Positions 12,880 through 25,928 of a DNA stretch of 64,000 nt are shown here, one piece after another. The stretch lies in the NCBI RefSeq assembly GCF_009914755.1, contig NC_060932.1, one strand, 5' to 3'. This DNA is from the human T2T-CHM13v2.0 reference genome, Homo sapiens. Position numbers and translations under genes: made by a program. The notes below the pieces were generated by a model. The model had not been told where the DNA came from and searched no databases. It saw only the letters and a program-made list of their open reading frames with translations. How positions within the stretch are numbered: position 1 is the stretch's first letter; each line of letters begins with the position of its first letter.

Positions 12880-13230
12880 TATTTATTTATCATTTTTTAA
12901 ATAGAGATTGGTCTTGCTCTATTGTCCAGGCTGTAGTGCAGTGGTTTGATCCCAGCTCACTGCAGCCTTGAACTCCTGGGCTGAAGTGATCCTTCTGCCT
13001 TTAGCCTCATGAGTAGCTGGACTACAGGTATAAGCTACTATGCCTGGCTAGGTTTTAGAAGTGTTTTTTTTTTCTTAAATCTCATATTCAACCCTAATAT
13101 AAATTTTTTTAGAGACAGGTTCTTACTACGTTGCTCAGGTTGGTCTTGAACTCCTGGCCTCAAGCAGTCCATCTGCCTCAGCCTCCAGAGTAGCTGGCAT
13201 TACAGGCATAAGCCATGGCATCTGGCTCAA
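12880..13230 (-). mobile_element. Old Alu (AluJ/FLAM-like) pieces
   Basis: Diverged reverse Alu monomers. Confidence 0.75.
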
Positions 13231-13904
13231 TGTATTGATCTTTTGGTTCTAGTCATTCTCTGTTTATCTCTTTTTGTTTCTTTGATTTCTGCTCTAGTTT
13301 TTGTTATTCCTTCCTTCTACTTACTCTGAGTTTATTATCTGCTCATTTTTTGGCTAGTTTCTTAAAATAGAGGCTTAGATAATTGACTTTATACCTTTCT
13401 TCTTTCCTAATGTAGGCATTAAAATATAAATTTCCTTCTAAATATTGCTTTTTATCGCATCCCACTGATTTTCATATGTTGCGTTTCATTATCATTCAGT
13501 TCAAAATATTTTCTAATTTTCCTTGTGATTTCTTCTTTGACTGATGGGTTATTTAGAAATGTGTTGTTTAATTTCCAAGGATTTGAAGTTTCTCCAGATG
13601 TATTTTATTTTGGACTCTAATTTGTATTTTGATCAGAGAATGTACTGTTTGATATCAGCTGTTTTAAATTTGTTGAAACTTGATATATGGCCCAGCATAT
13701 GGTCTATCTTGGTGAATTTAAAAAAAAATTTAATATTTTTAATTTTTGTGGGTATATAGTACGTATATAAATTTATGGGGTATATGGGATATTTTGCTAC
13801 AGGTGTACAATGTGCAATAATCACATTAGGGTAAATAAGGTATCCGTCACTTCAAGCGTTTATCCTTTGTGTTACAAACAATCCACTTATACTCTTTTAC
13901 TTTA

Positions 13905-14510
<606 letters not shown>

Positions 14511-14849
14511 TCTTTCAGTTATTTTAAAATCTACAATTGACTAATGGACTATAGTCACCTTGATCTTATTCATCCTTCCTATTTTTTGTACCCATTAACC
14601 ATCTCCATTTCCCCCCAAACCCCCTGGCGAATATTTTGTTTGCACTTTATTAGACGAATTTGGTTAATGTATTGTTCAAGTTTTCTCTATCCTCCGTAAC
14701 TTTTTGTCTTCTTGTTCTATCAATTGCTTGTGTTGCTGCTGGTGCTATTTCTACTGGATACCATTCCATTCCAAGTATTCTCCTGCCGCCACCGCTGCTG
14801 CTCCTGTCACTACCACTACAGCTCTTCCCATAGGACAATAATGACATTA

Positions 14850-15065
14850 GCGAGGGTTTCCTGCGTCACTGGCACGGTGCCCGATGCTTTCCACGGATTA
14901 CCTCGTATACTCGTCATACCCACCATTTGAGTGAAGTGCTTGGATTCCCATTTGACAGATGAGGAAACTAAGGGACCGAGAGGTGAAGTGGGTCCCCCAG
15001 GTCACAGAGTGGTGATTGGTTGAATATGGGCTTGGATCCAGGGGGCGGGGGTCTCGTGTCCCTTC
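14850..15065 (-). mobile_element. MIR
   Basis: MIR core cccatttgacagatgaggaaactaagg...gaggtgaagtg...cccaggtcacag. Confidence 0.75.
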
Positions 15066-15261
15066 CCTCAGCCATGTCAGCCCCTCACTCACTCGGGTGT
15101 GTGTTCAGGGATGGGCCTGCACGGACTCTGTTTCTTGGCTGGGGCTCCCTCTGTTCACCCCAACCTGCTTCCTGCCTTCCAGGGTGACAGCTCTGGCTGA
15201 GTGCGTTGCGTATGTGCTCTGTGCCAGGCATGTGGAGACCGAGGTTTGAATCCCACCGCCT

Positions 15262-15530
15262 CAGTGACAGGCCCTGTGACTGTGGTCCCCTCCCGAATCC
15301 CAGTGCTGCAGTCCCCTTCCCAATCCCAGTGCTGCAGTCCCCTTCCCAATCCCAGTGCTACAGTGACGGGCCCTGTGACTGTGGTCCCCTCCCCAATCCC
15401 AGTGCTGCAGTGACGGGCCCTGTGACTGCGGTCCCCTTCCCAATCCCAGTGCTGCAGTGACGGGCCCTGTGACTGTGGTCCCCTTCCCAATCCCAGTGCT
15501 GCAGTGACTGGCCCTGTGACTGCAGTCCCC
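15262..15530. repeat. Minisatellite, 47-bp unit (CAGTGACGGGCCCTGTGACTGTGGTCCCCTTCCCAATCCCAGTGCTG) with 26-bp deletion-variant units
   Basis: Directly visible tandem copies. Confidence 0.92.
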
Positions 15531-15571
15531 TCCCTTTTCCAGACTTGTGTGCTCATCTGCAGAGTAGGGGC

Positions 15572-15880
15572 CTCCCTCCCTCCTTCCCTCCCTCCTTCCC
15601 TCCCTCCTTCCCTCCCTCCTTCCCTCCCTCCTTCCCTCCCTCCTTCCCTCCCTGCTCCCTCTTGTTCCCCCATCTTCCTCCCTCCCCCTCAATCCCCTCT
15701 TCTTGCCTCCTCCTCCTCCTTTCCCCCCTCCCTCTCATTCCTCCCTCCTTCCTCCCTGACATTCCCTCCTTCCTCTCATCCTCCCTGTCTCCCCACTACC
15801 CTCTCTTCTCCCTCCCCTCCCCTTTTCTCTCTCTCTGCCTTCCCTTCCTCCTCCCTCCTTCCCCCTACCCCTCCTCCCAG
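15572..15880. repeat. Polypyrimidine tract, (CCCTCCCTCCTT)n then degenerate C/T
   Basis: About 7 perfect 12-mers followed by low-complexity C/T sequence. Confidence 0.92.
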
Positions 15881-15954
15881 GCACCCATCCTGCTGCCTCT
15901 CCCCTGTTGCCCCCACAGAAGGTCTGGTGGCTGGGAGCTGGGCTCCTTCCCTAC

Positions 15955-16007
15955 CTGGATCAGTTGCTCTTCCCAGCAGGCCTTGTCTTCCTGGCTGAAG
16001 AGCTCCT
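15955..16007 (-). CDS. MROH5: MROH5 coding exon 6 (EELFSQEDKACWEEQLIQ)
   Basis: Acceptor cccacag|AG, donor CAG|GTAGGG; 53 nt, phase 1 to 0, restores frame between exons 5 and 7. Confidence 0.88.
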
Positions 16008-17520
16008 CTGTGGGAGGAGGGATGGGTCACAGGGCCCTGTCTAACACCCGTCTCTTCCGGCCTTTAGCGCTGGCCCGGGCTGATGCTGCTGGCCTCTGCC
16101 TGCCCTACCTCTGTGGGGCGCGGGAGCTGGAGGGATGTGAGCCGGGCTTGGCTCTGGGTTCAGAGAGCTGGGGTGGGCTTGCGGCCCAGCTGCTCTTACT
16201 GTGTGGCCTCAGGCGGGCTGGGCTCCCTCTCTGGGCCTCGGGCTCACTCATGGTGAATGGAGGGGCGCTGCCAAGCATGGCCTCTCAAGAGTGGGAAAAT
16301 AAGCCTTTGGGAGGGAGGCATTGTGAGAGTGGAGAGCTTTTCCGGAACTTTGGAACCTACCCCAGAGGGAAAGGCTGATTTGGGGAGGGATCTGGCAGCC
16401 TCAGCAGTACCCCCAGGTGCAGAGGGACCTCCATGCAGCCTGCTAATCCTGGGGTGGGAGGTGCAAGGCCAAGCCGAGCAGGTCCTGCTTCCCCTCAGGT
16501 CTTAGCGTCCAAACACCCCTGCTGGGCCTGGGCCTCCCTGCAGGTCACAGGGCCTGCCACACCCCAACCCCACCCCTCACTGTGGCTGCTGACCAACTCT
16601 TCCTCAAGGCCCTTGGCAGAAGGAGTGTCCCTCCTCACCCTCCTACGCATCCCTCTAGATGTGGCCTATACTGGCTGCCTCCTCCAGGAAGCCCTCCTTG
16701 ATGGCCCCAGGACAACTGGTCCCTTTCCTCTCTGGGCAACCCCAGCTGCCCTCAAGGCAGCCCTGCATCTCCCAGTGGGAAGCGCAACAGCATATGCTGT
16801 GAATGAATGAGTGAATGAATGAAGGCTGCCCCTCGCCTCTGTGTGGCTGGGGGCCTGGCATGGGTAGGTGCTCAGTAAGTGTTCGCTATTTTGTGTCAGC
16901 AACTCTCTGAATGTCCTTCTTCTGGGGTCCTCAGAGGCCCCACTGTCCAGGCCGGCACTTCCCGCAGCTTGGAGGCCGCGGCTATGTGGATGCAGGGCCC
17001 AGACACTGCCGGCTGTGACAGGCTGGGAGTGGCCCTGGTCGGCCATGCTGCCTCTCTGAGCTCCATCTCTTCACCTTCCAGGGGAGGAATGCCCACCTGC
17101 CTTGTGTGACCAAGGGAGGAGACAGATGCAGCAGCTGGCAGTGGAGTTGCCCGGCCATGTGCCAGCCTCACACCTGTCCTGGGCCACCTCCTGGGACCTC
17201 CTCTGTCATCCTGGCTCCGTCCAGGTCCAGCTGTTGCAATACTGACAGTAGGAGTGGGTGAGCCATCAGAGGGGCTGACACGGCTGGGCCTGGTGTCGCT
17301 CTTTCCAGGGAGATCCTGAGCATGGCCTGGGCCCTCTGAGGGGTGGTGGGCAATGGGGGTCCTCGGGGCAGCAGCCTGTTGCTGCCGGGCATGAAGCTAC
17401 CTCATGGTGCACAAGTGACGTGCAGCCCCTGTACCCTGCCCATGTGGACTCTCAGAGCCACCTCTTGGATCACTCTCCATGACCCACCCCACCCTGTCCG
17501 CAAACTGGCGCCCGACATAC

Positions 17521-17680
17521 CGCTGGAGGACAGGACGCCCATCACGTAGAGGAGGCTTCTGTGTGGGAAGACGCCCGTCAGGAGCTCCGTCTCCAGATGC
17601 TGCGCCACCACCCGCCACGAGTGCCTGCAGATGGCCACCAGCATGTTGCTGGCCGCGTCCTGGTATATGTCTTCCAGCTC
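17521..17680 (-). CDS. MROH5: MROH5 coding exon 5 (ELEDIYQDAASNMLVAICRH...VMGVLSSS)
   Basis: Acceptor ccccag|GAG, donor GCG|GTATGT; 160 nt, phase 0 to 1; MROH-type motif YQDAASNMLVAI. Confidence 0.94.
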
Positions 17681-19635
17681 CTGGGGTGGGGTGGGAGCAG
17701 GCAGGGCGGGAGGTAGAGTAAGAGCGGCTTGTTACGAGACCTCGCGTCTTCACATGCCAGGGCTGGTTTGAGGGCCAGGACAGCGGCCACGGCCCATGTT
17801 TCTTTTGGTAGAAAACTGAGGCTGAGGGAGCCTGAGGCCTTCCTGGTCTGCGTCCATTGCCGGAACACCTCCTCCTCTTCCTCCCTACCTCTGAGCCCTT
17901 GCTCACGCTGTGTGCCTGCCTTCACCTCCACTCCCACTTAGAGCCTGCTCCAAGGCCTGGGTTCAGGGCACTCATCCTGAAACCTCCAGCCCACATCACC
18001 TCTCCTCCTGAGCTCCTGGCGGCTCAGGACAATGTCACATCTTTCACCATGAATTCAGAAGCAGAGGCTATATTCCTGTCCAAGAGAGCCAGGGCGTCAG
18101 CTGCTCAAGGGCAGAGCCCCGCTGACTGGGTCCCTGGCCTCCCTGACCCTGGCCAAGCCCCCACTGTCCAGTGGAGGGGCATCTTCAGCAGGAAGGAACC
18201 ACATGGGTCCTGGAGCCTGGCTCTGTGTGGTCACACCTGGGACCTTTCTTAACAAGCGTGTGGGTATCCCTTTAGATCTTGCTGCAATTTTGATTTCTAC
18301 TCTTCTCAGTCTTCATGGGAGCCATAAGGCAGCTTCTGTGGCTCTGAGGCAGGTGAACAGGAGGCCTGTCTGCACTTGGGGGCGTCTGAAAGTGGGGGTG
18401 TCTGAGCCGTGCCATGCAGCTTGAATCATCGCATGAAATAGATATATCATTTATAACTTATGGAAAGTATGGTTATGGGGGCTTCTTATGAAGATGGTGA
18501 TTGAATCTGATTTTGCTCTTTCAAAAAACCTACCTCAGCTGACACTACATTTAGGAGATTTTTTAAAAAGGACAATAGCAACCGCACTGTGGAAGCGGGA
18601 AGCAGGTAGGCGAGGGGCCTGAAGACCACGTGTAGGCTAGCGGAGCAGAGGCCGAGCGGCCAGCTCACCCACACGGCACTGTCCCCCAGTATTTGAAGTT
18701 GGGGGGGTCTCTTGTCTCCCAACCTCTAGAACTGGAGGGGCAGTGGAGGGGCTGAAACTAAAGGTGACGTGGTTTTAGAAGTAGTTGAGTCTGTAGATGT
18801 ACCTCCCACACTCTGCACACGTGAAGGGAGCTGGCCCTCTCCCACCCCAGCAAGACTCTGGGGGCTCAGTCTCTGGAGGGGGCAGATGAGTGTCTCTACC
18901 CAGGGGTTGCCAGGCCCGTAAACTCCGGGAATACTCACTTCCCAGGCCAGTCCTGGCATGACTGCCATGGGATGGGACCCTGACCTTTATGCAGGGCCCC
19001 TGGGTGAGCGTCTCCCTGGGACTCCTCAGAGCGTAGAAGGGAAGATGGAGAGATGCTGACGTAGCTGGGTGAGGGTGGCAGCAGTGGGCTCACCTGGTCA
19101 CTCTACGGTGGAACCAAGGGTTCAGGTAGCCAGATGGAAGGGATACGTGACCACAAAGCGCGGTGGCTAATGCTGCCCCCAGAGTGACTTCCACTCCTGC
19201 GGAATGGGCAGGACAAAGACTCCACAAGCCCGAGCTCCCCAGCAGACATCAGGTCGCGTGTGAAGGATTACGGTTCAGGATGGCTCTGGATCCTCAACAG
19301 CCACGAGGGCCAGAGGACAATGGACAGCGGTTGCCAACCCACAGTCCAGTGTGAAATCAAATCCAGAGATTTCTGGAAATGCACAGGCTCAAAACCTTAC
19401 TTCCCTTAAGCCCTACCCCAAGAAGCACCTCCAGGAAGCTGAAGTCTGTCTCCAGTTTAAGAAAGTAAATCTGGAAAGGGGAGACTTAGGGTGTAGGAAA
19501 CACAGTCCCCCACCGGAGCAGGGCAACAGGAGTGCAGGCCCAGGCCGGTCCTCACTGACTCCAAGCTCTATGCTGGGCTGGAAGATTGTCTGAACTCGGC
19601 TGGTCCTGACCTAGGTAACAGAGTGCCTGATGCCC

Positions 19636-21357
19636 CTCTGTGTCCCAGGAGGCGGGTAGGACCCACAGAAGTGTCCGTCTGTGTCCCAGGGGGCGGGTAG
19701 GACCCACAGAAGTGTCCCTCTGTGTCCCAGGAGGCGGGTAGGACCCACAGAAGTGTCCGTCTGTGTCCCAGGAGGCGGGTAGGACCCACAGAAGTGTCCC
19801 TCTGTGTCCCAGGAGGTGGGTAGGACCCACAGAAGTGTCCCTCTGTGTCCCAGGAGGCGGGTAGGACCCACAGAAGTGTCCGTCTGTGTCCCAGGCGGCG
19901 GGTAGGACCCACAGAAGTGTCCGTCTGTGTCCCAGGAGGTGGGTAGGACCCACAGAAGTGTCCGTCTGTGTCCCAGGAGGCGGGTAGGACCCACAGAAGT
20001 GTCCGTCTGTGTCCCAGGAGGCGGGTAGGACCCACAGAAGTGTCCGTCTGTGTCCCAGGTGGTGGGTAGGACCCACAGAAGTGTCCGTCTGTGTCCCAGG
20101 CAGCGGGTAGGACCCACAGAAGTGTCCGTCTGTGTCCCAGGAGGCGGGTAGGACCCACAGAAGTGTCCGTCTGTGTCCCAGGTGGTGGGTAGGACCCACA
20201 GAAGTGTCCGTCTGTGTCCCAGGTGGTGGGTAGGACCCACAGAAGTGTCCCTCTGTGTCCCAGGCAGCGGGTAGGACCCACAGAAGTGTCCCTCTGTGTC
20301 CCAGGGGGTGGGTAGGACCCACAGAAGTGTCCCTCTGTGTCCCAGGGGGTGGGTAGGACCCACAGAAGTGTCCCTCTGTGTCCCAGGAGGCGGGTAGGAC
20401 CCACAGAAGTGTCCGTCTGTGTCCCAGGCAGCGGGTAGGACCCACAGAAGTGTCCCTCTGTGTCCCAGGCAGCGGGTAGGACCCACAGAAGTGTCCGTCT
20501 GTGTCCCAGGAGGCGGGTAGGACCCACAGAAGTGTCCGTCTGTGTCCCAGGGGGCGGGTAGGACCCACAGAAGTGTCCCTCTGTGTCCCAGGCAGCGGGT
20601 AGGACCCACAGAAGTGTCCCTCTGTGTCCCAGGGGGTGGGTAGGACCCACAGAAGTGTCCCTCTGTGTCCCAGGGGGTGGGTAGGACCCACAGAAGTGTC
20701 CGTCTGTGTCCCAGGGGGCGGGTAGGACCCACAGAAGTGTCCGTCTGTGTCCCAGGCAGCGGGTAGGACCCACAGAAGTGTCCCTCTGTGTCCCAGGCAG
20801 CGGGTAGGACCCACAGAAGTGTCCCTCTGTGTCCCAGGAGGCGGGTAGGACCCACAGAAGTGTCCCTCTGTGTCCCAGGCAGCGGGTAGGACCCACAGAA
20901 GTGTCCCTCTGTGTCCCAGGGGGTGGGTAGGACCCACAGAAGTGTCCCTCTGTGTCCCAGGGGGTGGGTAGGACCCACAGAAGTGTCCGTCTGTGTCCCA
21001 GGGGGCGGGTAGGACCCACAGAAGTGTCCGTCTGTGTCCCAGGCAGCGGGTAGGACCCACAGAAGTGTCCCTCTGTGTCCCAGGGGGCGGGTAGGACCCA
21101 CAGAAGTGTCCCTCTGTGTCCCAGGCGGCGGGTAGGACCCACAGAAGTGTCCCTCTGTGTCCCAGGGGGCGGGTAGGACCCACAGAAGTGTCCGTCTGTG
21201 TCCCAGGAGGCGGGTAGGACCCACAGAAGTGTCCCTCTGTGTCCCAGGGGGCGGGTAGGACCCACAGAAGTGTCCCACTGTGTCCCAGGAGGTGGGTAGG
21301 ACCCACAGAAGTGTCTGTCTGTGTCCCAGGAGGCGGGTAGGACCCACAGAAGTGTCG
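19636..21357. repeat. 41-bp VNTR, 42 copies (CTCTGTGTCCCAGGAGGCGGGTAGGACCCACAGAAGTGTCC), in MROH5 intron 4
   Basis: 1722 bp / 41 = 42 units with no indels; substitutions confined to a few positions. Confidence 0.98.
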
Positions 21358-22948
21358 ACTTACTCTGGGGGCTGGAGCGGGGCTGCAGTGTGTTCAGAAG
21401 CAGAAAATGTAGACCAGTCCTGGCCTCATTCATGCCAGACTCCATGCAGGGGCCCCTCCTCATGAAGCCCCAGGAGGGTCTTGTCCACCCTCAGGGAGGC
21501 TGAAGCCAGACCACACCCCTGAGAGTGTCCCGAAGCCCTTGCCTCCCCGGGGAAACCGCTCCCCAACCCCATCTCCCTAGGATCATCAATCTGTAAACTG
21601 CAGAGACGCCTGAAAGACTTCGCAGTGGTGAGTGTGACAAACACATGCATAAGATTTCAAAAGAAAAAGAAATGAGGTGGAAAAAAGAAATAGGTGGACA
21701 GGGCCCTTGCTTCCCGTTTTGCTGTCTCTCACACCCAGGGTGGCCTCATTCACTTCTCTGGGGGAGCACAGGGGCATGTCCCACCTGCCACCCACCAGCT
21801 GGGCTGTGATTGCAGGCCAGTCCCTAAGGCTCTGGGCTCCAGCCTCCGCATCCGTAAATGGGGCCACAAACCCCTGTGTGGAGGATGTGTTGACCATGCT
21901 TGTAGGCCCTGTGCTGGCTGTTTGATGTCTGTTATTCCAAATAACCTCTCCTTGAGTTTGTTGAATCATAGGGCCAGGTGAGCAGCTGGAGCTGCTTACA
22001 TCTTTTGGGGAGTATGGAAGTCCCATTACAATGCCCCCAACCTGCCTGTGTCCCCGTAGCTCCTAGGAGATGTCTCTACTTCATTACTTCCCACCACCAT
22101 GGCCCTGAAGGCATGTTCAGATGGTCCCTCTGTCTGCTTTCTGACCCCCGCCTGGGACAGGCCTGTGTGGCCCCGTGGGGTGTGCTGTGCCTCTTGCTTT
22201 GGGGAGAGCTTTGAGTATTAAAGACCTTTCAGTGGCCTTTGCCTCCTGCACAATCATGAATTAAGACTCGGCACCACACGGAGGGTAAATGGTGTCTACT
22301 CCTGCTTTGTGGGGCACCCTAGTGTGTGTGCGTATTGAGGTGTCCCCTGGGGCTGCCCTGGCCTAGTCAGTCTAAGCCACCTGCTCCCAAGTCTCCACTC
22401 TTGGAGTGGAGATTGTTGGCGGCTAGGGCTGGCTCTTGGACTGCAAGCTGCAGGTGGGGTGGGGTGGGGTGGGTGGGGCAGTTCAGGTCCAGACCCCCAA
22501 GTCTCCATCAAGCAGGAACCCAGAAGGTGGCCAAGGGCAAGGGCAGAGTTACAGCCTGCAGACTGGGTTAGACTCACAGCAGGCCTTCCAGAGGCTGGGC
22601 TGCAGGCAGCTGCCATGCAGTGGTGAGGAAGGCGGTGCAGAGGGGAACCATAGCCTGCTTCAGGGAGAGACCTCCTTTGGGGAGAGGGCCCCCCAACTTA
22701 CGAGCCCCTTGGCTTTAGACAAGCAATGCTCTCTTGAGCCTCACCTTCCTGGAATGGGAACGTGAGATGGAAAAGTATGATTGTCCCGCTGAAGGGGCTG
22801 GGGGTAAGAACGTGAGTCACTGGATGGAAATTGCTTGGTAACCCACAAGGCTGGGCATGCCCAGCATCACTTGGGTCCCTGGGGCAGCTGCTGGCATTCC
22901 CAGAACCCGTGGGGGGTTGGCCCACTTGCTGTGGGAGGGGAGGCCCAC

Positions 22949-23077
22949 CGTGGCCTTGGTCATGTTCTCCAGAGCGAGCCGTGTGAAAGTTTTCTCCCAG
23001 GTCTCCTCCAGGACGTCACTGGCCCCGATGACCATCTCCAGGGTCTGGAACAGCCGGAACTTGTGCCTGCTGGAGAT
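22949..23077 (-). CDS. MROH5: MROH5 coding exon 4 (ISSRHKFRLFQTLEMV...MTKAT)
   Basis: Acceptor ccacag|ATC, donor ACG|GTGGGC; 129 nt, phase 0 to 0. Confidence 0.93.
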
Positions 23078-23477
23078 CTGTGGATGGCAGAGCAATGGTG
23101 GCTTGGGGACAGATCAGGTCAGATCGTGTGGGAGATGTGGGTGGGGGCGTGGATGGGGAGGGGTGTGAGAGGAGCCATTTCTCTCTGCCACTTCATGGTT
23201 CTATGACTCCAGGCAAATCCCTTGGCCTCCCTACGCCTTCGTTTCCCCACCTGTGAGGGTCAGGATCGCCACCTCATGAGCGCATTCTGAGGGTGGTCAA
23301 TGCATGCGGGTCCACTTTTCTCCCTCCCCACTTGGCCCATTTGACATATGAGGAAATGGAGACTTGCCCCAAGCCATGTAGCTGTTCTAGGCAGGATCTA
23401 GGGTTTGAGCCCACCTTGGGGTCCCACCCTCCCCCTCTGCCCCCTGTGCCTGCCCCAGTGGCCCAAGCTGTCCCCAC

Positions 23478-23623
23478 CTCTGGGTTGTCTATGAAGTAGT
23501 CGTGGATGGTTTCCATCACCAGCTTGGGGGAGCCATGAGCCATGTTCTTGATCTTCTTGATGATGTACTTCAAGTGGAAGGGGTCAGCACTGTTCATGTC
23601 CTGCAGCATCTTGAAGCCGGTGG
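23478..23623 (-). CDS. MROH5: MROH5 coding exon 3 (ATGFKMLQDMNSADPFHLKYIIKKIK...DNPE)
   Basis: Acceptor ccttag|CC, donor GAG|GTGGGG; 146 nt, phase 1 to 0; helical HEAT-like peptide. Confidence 0.93.
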
Positions 23624-23864
23624 CTAAGGTTGGCAAGAAGGCATGTGTAAGCAGGCTGTGGGTAGCTCACATTGTGGCAGCAAGGCTCGGCAGGCAGGAG
23701 GATGGGTCTGGGGATGGAAGGAGTGCTCTGAAAATGAGAACTGGGGAATGGATGTATGAGAAGTCCAGGACCTCCTGACTGTCCAGATGGACCTTCTGGA
23801 GTTCAACATAGGTAAGGAGCAGGAGTGCAGGTGCATGAGCACGTCCTCACTCACCATTCATATT

Positions 23865-24115
23865 CCCATCCGCCCATCATCCACTCATCCACCTGTCCAT
23901 CCAGCCATCTGTCCATCCACCCACATGTTCCATCTGTCCATCCTTCCATCTACTAATCCACCTGCTCATCTATCTTTCCATTCATCTACCTGCCCATCTG
24001 CCCAACATCCATCTATTCATAAATTTATTCACCCACCCACCCACTCATGAATTCATCCCTCCATCCCCCCATCCATTCTTTTATCCTTTCACCATCCATC
24101 CAGTCATCCAGCATT
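23865..24115. repeat. Degenerate (CCAT)n simple repeat
   Basis: Directly visible. Confidence 0.85.
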
Positions 24116-24463
24116 CAATGGTGTTTGAATAAGGGAGGGGCCAGGCCTGGACTGCGGTTCCGAGATGTGAAAGGGAAAGGGAGGATAGCGGAGGGCGGGG
24201 TGTAGGGTGAGCTGGGGCATTATTTGGGCTTTGGATGGTGCCTCAGGAGGCATGAAGAGGCCAAGCCGGGTGTGCAGGGTTCTTTGCTGAAAGCTTCACT
24301 ATGTCCACACCACTTGATACCCTCAAGGTCCTGGAGTGGAGACTCCCTCTGGCCATCACCCTCAGGACTGCTTTTGGTGGAGGGACATGGTGGGATCTGC
24401 TGGAGCCTGACCCCATCTGGGCCGACCCGCCCCTGCCTGTCTGACCCCAGGGCTGGCAGTCAC

Positions 24464-24645
24464 CTGCACTGTAGGCTTCCCCCATGAACATCCTGTGCTC
24501 CTGTAGCATCAGTGTGGCCTGGCTGCTCTGCGACTTGTGAAGCAGGATGGTGGTGGGGTGTGACCATCTGTCCCTGCGGGCAGAGTCCTGGTGTACCTTC
24601 ATGCAAGATGAGTCCTTCATGGATGTGGAGACAGGGGGGGAGATT
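24464..24645 (-). CDS. MROH5: MROH5 coding exon 2 (ISPPVSTSMKDSSCMK...MGEAYSA)
   Basis: Acceptor ctccatttcag|A, donor CAG|GTGACT; 182 nt, phase 2 to 1; open frame. Confidence 0.88.
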
Positions 24646-25120
24646 CTGAAATGGAGGAGGGGCCCTGGGTGTTGGCATCTGAGTGCGTGTATATTTCTGC
24701 GTTAGTACAGGGGGTGCTGAGCGCAGCATTGACTTCCATCGGGCTCAGCTGCATCCTTCCATGTGTTTGTCCTTCCATTCAATGGACTGGCTGGGCCCTG
24801 GGAGGAGGGCAGGGGTCTCGAGGCCTCAAGGACACTGTTGAGTAGGCAGCATCACCTGTAGGCCTGGTGCGGCCTGGCCTCCGTGCAAGTGTCAGGTTCT
24901 GAGGTTGGGTTTGAGACAGACATGGCTGGTGGGACATGGCAGGGCTCAGGGTATGGTATCCCTAGCTCAGGCTCTTGATTTGAGAGAGCCAATCTCATTC
25001 CGATCACATGTGAGACTGCCTTGGTCACCCAGACATCTGGTGGAGTCTCCGAGGGGAGTGGGGGAGCTGCAGGAGCAGTGAGAGCAGAGCAAGGGAGGAT
25101 GCAGGGGCCTCCAAGGAAGG

Positions 25121-25928
25121 CCTCCTCTCCTTCCTCCAAGGTGGCCTCTGCCTCCTCCTCCTCTCCTTCCTCCAAGCTGGCCTCTGCCTTCTCCTCCTCT
25201 CCTTCCTCCAAGCTGGCCTCTGCCTTCTCCTCCTCTCCTTCCTCCAAGCTGGTCTCTGCCTTCTCCTCCTCTCCTTCCTCCAAGCTGGCCTCTGCCTTCT
25301 CCTCCTCTCCTTCCTCCAAGCTGGCCTCTGCCTTCTCCTCCTCTCCTTCCTCCAAGGTGGCCTCTGCCTTCTCCTCCTCTCCTTCCTCCAAGGTGGCCTC
25401 TGCCTTCTCCTCCTCTCCTTCCTCCAAGCTGGTCTCTGCCTTCTCCTCCTCTCCTTCCTCCAAGCTGGCCTCTGCCTTCTCCTCCTCTCCTTCCTCCAAG
25501 CTGGCCTCTGCCTTCTCCTCCTCTCCTTCCTCCAAGGTGGCCTCTGCCTCCTCCTCCTCTCCTTCCTCCAAGCTGGCCTCTGCCTTCTCCTCCTCTCCTT
25601 CCTCCAAGCTGGCCTCTGCCTTCTCCTCCTCTCCTTCCTCCAAGCTGGTCTCTGCCTTCTCCTCCTCTCCTTCCTCCAAGCTGGCCTCTGCCTTCTCCTC
25701 CTCTCCTTCCTCCAAGCTGGCCTCTGCCTTCTCCTCCTCTCCTTCCTCCAAGGTGGCCTCTGCCTTCTCCTCCTCTCCTTCCTCCAAGGTGGCCTCTGCC
25801 TTCTCCTCCTCTCCTTCCTCCAAGGTGGCCTCTGCCTTCTCCTCCTCTCCTTCCTCCAAGCTGGTCTCTGCCTTCTCCTCCTCTCCTTCCTCCAAGCTGG
25901 CCTCTGCCTTTTCCTCCTCTCCTTCCTC
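25121..25928. repeat. 36-bp VNTR, 21 full copies plus partial flanks ((C/G)TGGCCTCTGCCTTCTCCTCCTCTCCTTCCTCCAAG), in MROH5 intron 1
   Basis: 25141-25896 = 756 bp = 21 x 36; strongly purine/pyrimidine skewed. Confidence 0.98.

Noticed and set aside
15504-16378. Pro/Ser-rich ORFs
   Set aside because: Translation of the polypyrimidine tract; the real exon here is the 53-nt minus-strand exon 6
19552-21463. Three 578-631-aa minus-strand ORFs; superficially CRISPR-like array
   Set aside because: Translation of a stop-free 41-bp VNTR; there are no unique spacers and no cas genes, and the context is eukaryotic
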